A DNA stretch of 57,843 nucleotides, counting the filler, from Trichosphaerium sp. ATCC 40318 (lineage: Eukaryota > Protista > Tubulinea), in assembly GCA_038496445.1 (NCBI GenBank). It is 2 parts of 2 records of this genome, joined end to end, with 100 filler letters (N's around TTAATTAATTAA, not from the genome) between each part and the next. Parts side by side here need not be neighbours in the genome. Positions count along the whole stretch, not along the records: positions 29,485 to 57,843 come from JALMLS010000386.1; 1 more part is not named here. The stretch is one strand, 5' to 3'. Of the stretch, positions 48,111 to 57,843 are shown in pieces. The translations under genes were made by a program, and so were the position numbers. Each line of letters opens with the position of its first letter. The first letter of the stretch is position 1. Below the pieces are notes generated by a model. It had not been told where the DNA came from, did no database searches, and saw only the letters and a program-made list of their open reading frames with translations.

Positions 48111-49099
48111 AAAATACACTATTTAGCGGTGGTAAATACTGGTCGGATACCGGTCCAGTTTCAAGATATCGGTTTTCAGTCCGGACCTGTCTGAGCTTTA
48201 GAACAAGACTAAAGGTCTTACTTTTACAGTTACAAACCGGTTAACCGTTCAGGTTTAATCATACCGACCGATTCAGTGAAATTTGTGAAAAACACGGGTA
48301 GCTAACAAAAAACTGTGGATATTTCGGATTGATGTTGTCGTACATCACCACAGAATTCTGTTTTGGTTATGCGGTAACATAGTATTGCTGTTGTGGAGCG
48401 TCAACTGGGTGTCCTGGAACAACATTGGTTTATGTATTCATTTGAACAGTTTGTGCTGCAGAGGAAGTATACATGTTGCGGAGGTAGGTAACCTTAAAGC
48501 ATGTTATGACGATTGTTGATAAGAAAATAAATGATAGCAATAAACGCGAGGTCGATTCTGGAAGCCCTAGCAAAAAAAACAAGAGAGTTAGCCCAGAACT
48601 CATCCAGAACACGTGCGTGCTCAACTTTCAAAGTTCGAGAAGCAACACGACAAGATTAAAAACACATTTGCATTCGCCTTTGTTGAGGGTGCACTCGTGT
48701 TGAGGTATTGTATTGGTTTTACCGGAGATGATAACGCTCTTGTTCGTATGGTGTATCCATGCTTGCTTCAAGTATTTATTTGTTCATATGACAATGGGAA
48801 AGAATGTACTAGTTCGGTCTTCCATTTTTATTGAAAGTCTACTGACCTCAAGGTAAAGACGATTCTTCCATCCTCACGAGATTCTACAATGAATAACGTT
48901 ATCGTCATGCGCTGTGAGAGTACATATATCAATGGCTGAATGAACACTTGAGATATGAAACCATGTAATGTAATGTATGAGAAAAATAGGCGAAAACTTA
49001 GAAAAAGTGAGAAAAAAGTAAAAAAGCGACTCGTAATTCATTCTAAACAATTCATCTCGTCATCACAACTCGAAACACTTATTTTTACATACATCTACA

Positions 49100-49507
49100 A
49101 TGTTTTCTAACAATATAAGCAATCTTGGGACAAAAACGTATCAAAACGACTTTTACGGCCTCGCTCAACATATTACAGTATCTAAAACTCTAGACATAAT
49201 GTGGGAGAGCTCTTCAAAGACGCTAAAATCAATACAATGGTCTATCCTTCCAGACTCACGAAAACACTTGAGAATACTCGTATCATTCGCACTAGATGAC
49301 TATCTTACGTCTACAGTACCTAACGAGGATGGAGAGCTAGAATTTGATGTATCAGCAGTAGCAGTTCACAAGGCTTTTGATATGGTATTAACAAGAGGTC
49401 CTTTTCCTCACACATGCTTCTTTCCAGAAAACGTCAGGAGATCATATGCAAACTATATAAGAACTGTAGTAGCAGATCAACATAATAGCGTGCCAACAGG
49501 ACAATGA
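49100..49507 (+). CDS. Intronless 135-aa hypothetical protein
   Basis: ATG-initiated, protein-like composition, no recognisable motif. Confidence 0.5.
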   Translation: MFSNNISNLGTKTYQNDFYGLAQHITVSKTLDIMWESSSKTLKSIQWSILPDSRKHLRILVSFALDDYLTSTVPNEDGELEFDVSAVAVHKAFDMVLTRGPFPHTCFFPENVRRSYANYIRTVVADQHNSVPTGQ

Positions 49508-50378
49508 ATCGTCTGGTGAACAAACTATAGACAGAAAGAAAAAAAAAGACTTGTAAATAAATTTAATATTAGCTGGACTGTACATCACAAGCTTCTAAAA
49601 TCTGTAAGTTGATACACTTATTTCCTCCAATTGCTGGTAACAAGAAATGCATGAGTACACTCTGACCTGTCAAATTCATGACAATCTATAGCCTTGTATC
49701 CTTAATTGATGAAGTTCAATAGCGCTATTGATAAGATAAAAATGGTAAGCGAATATCAACCTTAGACGTTTAGTAAATGGTAAAAAAGTTTCAATAATAA
49801 ACACAAGGTTACAGACATCTAGTAGAGGTACCTTTAACCTGTAAGGCTATTCTATTCTACAAGCAGTGCTGCATTGTTTACTACCAAAGAGCTAGCTTTT
49901 AGACATATTAAGTCTGAACAGCCTGTACATGATGGTTCTCGACATTAATCTGCTAAACAAACACGAGTAAAAACTCAATTGTTTATCAGCATTGAAGAAA
50001 GGCTACTGGTAAAAACAAGAATAAAAAAGGATATAGCGGTTTGTTAGCAGCTAATAACAACTAAAGGATGTTTTCGATATTATTACATTGATTAGTACCA
50101 CTAGCACTGGATATGAACAGTCTTATAAAACACTCATACTATCCACATGTGTCTTGCTGTGCGCCCTATTGAAATTTCCATTTGTCACCACCAATGTCTC
50201 CACGTGTTTACGTATCGTGGAGACATTGCTGGTATTGTTACACCGTTAACCACCCCGCTATTGTTGCAATGTGCACGTGATTTCCAATACCGCTACCAAT
50301 GTTAAAGCACCAACTTAACACCTCATAACTTAGCTATGTTCATTGAACAACAACAAATTGTGTAATCAGTCTTGTAAC

Positions 50379-51487
50379 ATGTCGATGAATGCACGGGAAG
50401 CAGCATTGTACCAAGCAAGTATTGCTGATGAGGTTAAACGGCTTTTTAAATAGATTACGATTATTACTCATTTTAAATTAGGCGGAGCAGTTTGAGGATA
50501 TGGTAGAAGCTATAGAAGCTCTAGTGGCCATAGCAAAAGAAGATGGCGAGTTATTATCAAAAAACGAGAGAATTCTTGTTACCGTTGCCTTTTCTAATGT
50601 TATAAGTGCGTTGAGGACATCCTGGCGAATTTTACAAGGTGTAGAAAAGTACGTTTTCTGTGGCAGCATGAGACAGTTTCAGAAATTCCTAAATTTTTAT
50701 TTGTAAAAAGTCTAATTTTTTCAAAAAAATTACTTTGACTGTCGGTACTTTTCGTCGGTACAGCATGAACGAATCGCAAAATGACTTTTGTGCCTATAAC
50801 TATAGAATACTAGCTACATGTTTATAATAGCTATTGAAGGTTAAGCCGGTTCTGAGGTGAGTAAAAACGTCTCAAAGATTCTCGAAATCATGTAAATATC
50901 AAAAATTAATAATTTCGTAATTGTCGAAACTGTTTCAAAAGCGATGCTGCCCCTCTCTGTACCAATGCTTAATGTAATGTGGTTTTAGTAAGGCAGTTAT
51001 TAACTCAGAAGAATCGCAAGTGCGTGTTGTAAGAGCCTACAGAAAGAAAATAGAAGGTAAACTCATAGAAGCAAGCAAACGTGCCATGAAAGCACATGAC
51101 ACTATTCTCTCAATTGAAGGTCAAGACAACCAAAGTATATTAACCTACACATCTCTTAAGAGTAATTACTATCGATACATCATTGAGATATCACGTGATA
51201 ATGATAGAGAAGAATATACACAACAATCTATCCAAGAATTAAATGAGATTTATGGTTGTATTTCAGAGATGGTTCCTGTTCTTCCTATGGTTCTTTCTTT
51301 TCATTTTAAACAAAGCGGAAAACAATTTTATATTGGGAATAAGAATGAAGCTATTGAAATGGCACAGAAAGCTGTTGATGATGGTATAAGTTACCTTGAT
51401 AAAGTAAGTGATGATACATACACAGATGCAACCAAAATTCTTCAAATTCTACGTGACAACATTATTGTATGGAAAGAAGCAGCCTAA
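50379..51487 (+). CDS. Divergent 14-3-3 protein, 3 exons
   Basis: AEQFEDMVE, LSKNER..RTSWRIL, YRKKIE, KSNYYRY, ILQILRDNIIVW. Confidence 0.92.
50662..50951. mobile_element. Small degenerate TIR element in 14-3-3 intron 2
   Basis: GGCAGCAT-GAGACAGTTTC ... GAAACTGTTTC..ATGCTGCC inverted ends; intron is ~340 nt versus the usual ~50. Confidence 0.55.
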
Positions 51488-51519
51488 TATTAGTAAATAA
51501 AAATGTGCATTATCTACTC

Positions 51520-52150
51520 TTTTGTCATTTACTTGTAAACTCCCTCTCTCTTATACCATTCTTGTAAAAACGCTTTAGCCTTAAGTGTCCATTAGCATAC
51601 CACCGCTTGGCTTCTTCTTGTTTATCATCAATGTAGATACACTGCATGTTCTTCTTTTTATCATTAACACATCTGCAATGCTCCATCAATTGGCCATTAT
51701 CATACTACCCTTTTCCTCGCTTGTTGTTAAGGTAGTTATACTGTATTTTCAACTGGCCATTTTCACTCCAGTACTTGGCCTCTCCTTCTTGCTTGTTGGT
51801 AATGTAGTTACACTGCATATCCAATACCAGATTCACACACCACATACTGACAAACAAGGAGGTCGTTTCTTTTCCCCATTTTCCATGCTGTTTTAGGTCA
51901 CTATCATACCGTGTTGTTGCTGTCTGCATTGAAAGCATTGGCCAACACGTATAAACCAATGTCCAAGTTGATAATATCAAGGTATATTTCAACTGGATGC
52001 AATAGACAGAGTGTCTCAGTTTGAAACAAATTCGTGTTCATTAGTTGATTCATTGTTTGAAGTTTTCTTTCAAGATACGTTCTGTAGCTGCCGCCATACA
52101 GATTAATGTTATGCAACATTGCTTGCTCTTCAAGATTTTGCAGAGATATT
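51520..52150 (-). pseudogene. Decayed MORN-variant repeat gene
   Basis: EGEAKYWSENGQLKIQYNYLNNK with stops and frameshifts; boundaries approximate. Confidence 0.7.
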
Positions 52151-52232
52151 TTAACTTGGACTTGTTTGAGGGGTCGGTGGCAGTTACATTTTTTTTTATT
52201 TCATTTTTTCCTTTTTTTTTTTACATTGTTGT

Positions 52233-55634
<3,402 letters not shown>

Positions 55635-56023
55635 CGACTCTAAACCTGAAATAGTGTTAAGTGACACAAAGTCTTGCGAAAAAAAAAAAAAGCAAAGAAA
55701 CGGCAACGATTGCTTCGTTTACTCAAGAATTCTACGTGGAACATAAAAAGCGAAACAAATTCTATTAAATTCAATCGATTACCTTGCAATTAACAAAGCA
55801 TCACGTGATAGTACAAAGGTGTTTTAAATGCTTAAAACGCGAGTTGCACTCGACATTGTTGTTTGTAGACAAGTGAGAGCACCGTAGTTCCCATACACGA
55901 GTTTCTAGTATTGATATAAGTAGGTTGAACCGTACACTGACAGCAGATTAAGGCGTAACCGGGATTGACAAAAGACGCCTTAACTTGTTTTGTTGTTCAA
56001 CTTTAACAAAATAATACCGTAAA

Positions 56024-57709
56024 ATGAGCATGTTTGCGTATATTCCATTAATGGTAGCACTATGCCTATGTTTGGTGTATGCTATACATTTTCCAGAACA
56101 GCGCATTACAAATAAATTCTGCCCTGAGGCACCAAGAACACCTGAAGATCGTAGAACAAACAAAAGAGCGCTTCGTGTTGTATGTCAAAGCAAAAAAAAA
56201 AAAGAAAATAATTAAATGGCTAACAGTTTGCTTACAGGTTGAGTTTAACGTCGAATGGTTGTTTCTAGAAGAACCAGGTGCGGTAGCAACATTATCTAAA
56301 AAAGTTCAATAGAATTGTCAGACTTGGACACTTTTTGTTAATCACGTGGATTCGTATTACCCTCCAACGTGAAGATTTTGTTTTTTTACGGCAGTTTGTT
56401 GTATCTGCTTTTGTGTTGTGTAACGGTGCTAACCACGTGTTATTAATAGGTGATCCTACCAAGCGTTGTCCTGGTACTGGATGTAAATGGGAGAATCAGA
56501 CGATTGCTGTGGAGCATTTGAAGGAAATAGCAGGCTTTATGAAAACTATGAATGCTGACATTATTGTGTTTGTGCGTTTTCTTTTCAAACATAGTTCGTT
56601 GTAATGTCTTATAATTGTAGATTGAACTAGAGGACTGCTATGTATTAGAATACTTGATAGACGCACTTCCAGGAATGGGATACAAGGGCTACGTCCTTAA
56701 GGTAAAATCAAAGTCTTTTTTACTTCTTCCATGTGTAGCAAACTAACTATTTGACTTTGAAGGGTACTGATACAGCAACAATGCAAAACGTTGGTATAAT
56801 GACAAGAGTGGATCCACTTGTTGACCTAGAACGCACAGCTGATAGAGTTGAGTATCCTGTTTCCGGAAACACATGCAAGTACGTTAAAAGTTAAACGTTT
56901 GGTAAAAAAGTAAGAAAAAAAATCCTAACGTGCGCATTAGTTACAATGGAAATTCGGGAACTTATGGTGTTTCAAAACATGTATTTACTAGATTTCACTT
57001 GACAGGTGTAGATGTTAATATATTTCTCATTGGGTTTCATTTTTTGGTACTTCTTTGAAATTTTTCTCAATAGTTTCTTAGTTTTTTTTTAGGCTTTCCC
57101 AACAACTGCTGACAGATGCGCCAAGCGTGAAGCACAATCTTTAGTTATTCGTGGTGTAATTGAAAAACACGCTAAAGAATTTCCAAATGATGAAATCATT
57201 GCTATTGGTGACTATAACGACTACAGTGATTTATTTTTAGATACAGCAGGAAACAAACCAACATCTCGTGTACGGATTGTTTTTAGAGTTTTTTTATTTT
57301 TCACGTGTCTTAACCTCTACCCAATAGGTGCTGAAATTCATTCGTGAATCTGTTACACCTGAGTTGTACAATGTTGGGCTAACCCAACAAAGCGGCGGGT
57401 TAGAGACATACTCAGCTTGGTACGACTTTTAAAGAACATTAATTTTTTTTGACCTGACGCCTTTCAAACAAGGTACGATATAAATAGAAATTGTATAGAT
57501 GATGCTGGAGAAGAGCATACAATGATTGATCATATCTTGATATCATCAGGTTTAAGAAATGCGCTAACACAAGTCAAATACGATCACATGTTTGTTGGTA
57601 AGTTATTTCCACGTGTAAATTTTTCTTCTTGGTGTTTACGTTTCACATAGCGAGTTGTGAATCATTAGCATCCGACCATTGGCCTATCGTTGTTGATTTT
57701 TCGTTTTAA
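56024..57709 (+). CDS. Secreted endonuclease/exonuclease/phosphatase (EEP) family protein, multi-exon
   Basis: Signal peptide; FNVEWLF, GTDTATMQNVG, GVSKH, REAQ, GDYND, IDHILIS, SDHWPI. Confidence 0.9.
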
Positions 57710-57843
57710 TAAAGAAAAGAGCAATTAAACAATAGTCTCTACCACCCATCGAAAATAAAACCAATTTTTGCTTCTCTTTTTAAATTGTACTACATAGTTT
57801 AAACTTGTGCTTGTGCACGTGCAACTGGTAAGACTTGCCTAAA

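Overview
AT-rich eukaryotic, protist-like DNA with many short (~45-70 nt) spliceosomal introns and the standard genetic code. An artificial 100-nt N/TTAATTAATTAA spacer at 29385-29484 means the two halves may not be contiguous. Left half: two tandem copies of a secreted MRH-domain + GH38 alpha-mannosidase gene, an intronless F-box/MORN-variant gene, an orphan ORF and a family-C GPCR. The second mannosidase copy is broken by a Ty3/Gypsy element with identical 142-bp LTRs; that element carries three or four nested CAG-ended non-autonomous DNA elements and has lost its protease. Right half: an F-box gene, a small secreted 8-Cys protein, a full-length LINE, an intron-rich bacterial-type CBM6-DUF5060 gene, a divergent 14-3-3, a MORN pseudogene, Prp43/DHX15 and a secreted EEP nuclease/phosphatase. 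Best candidate for an undescribed system: the L1/Tx1-like LINE (35918-41990, minus strand, 18-bp TSD, poly-A). Inside its own boundaries and in addition to intact-looking APE-RT, it encodes a His-Me finger (His-Cys box homing-endonuclease-like) domain. That reading frame has no ATG, is preceded by a splice acceptor and is followed by palindromic tandem repeats. All family assignments are by motif recognition, not database search.
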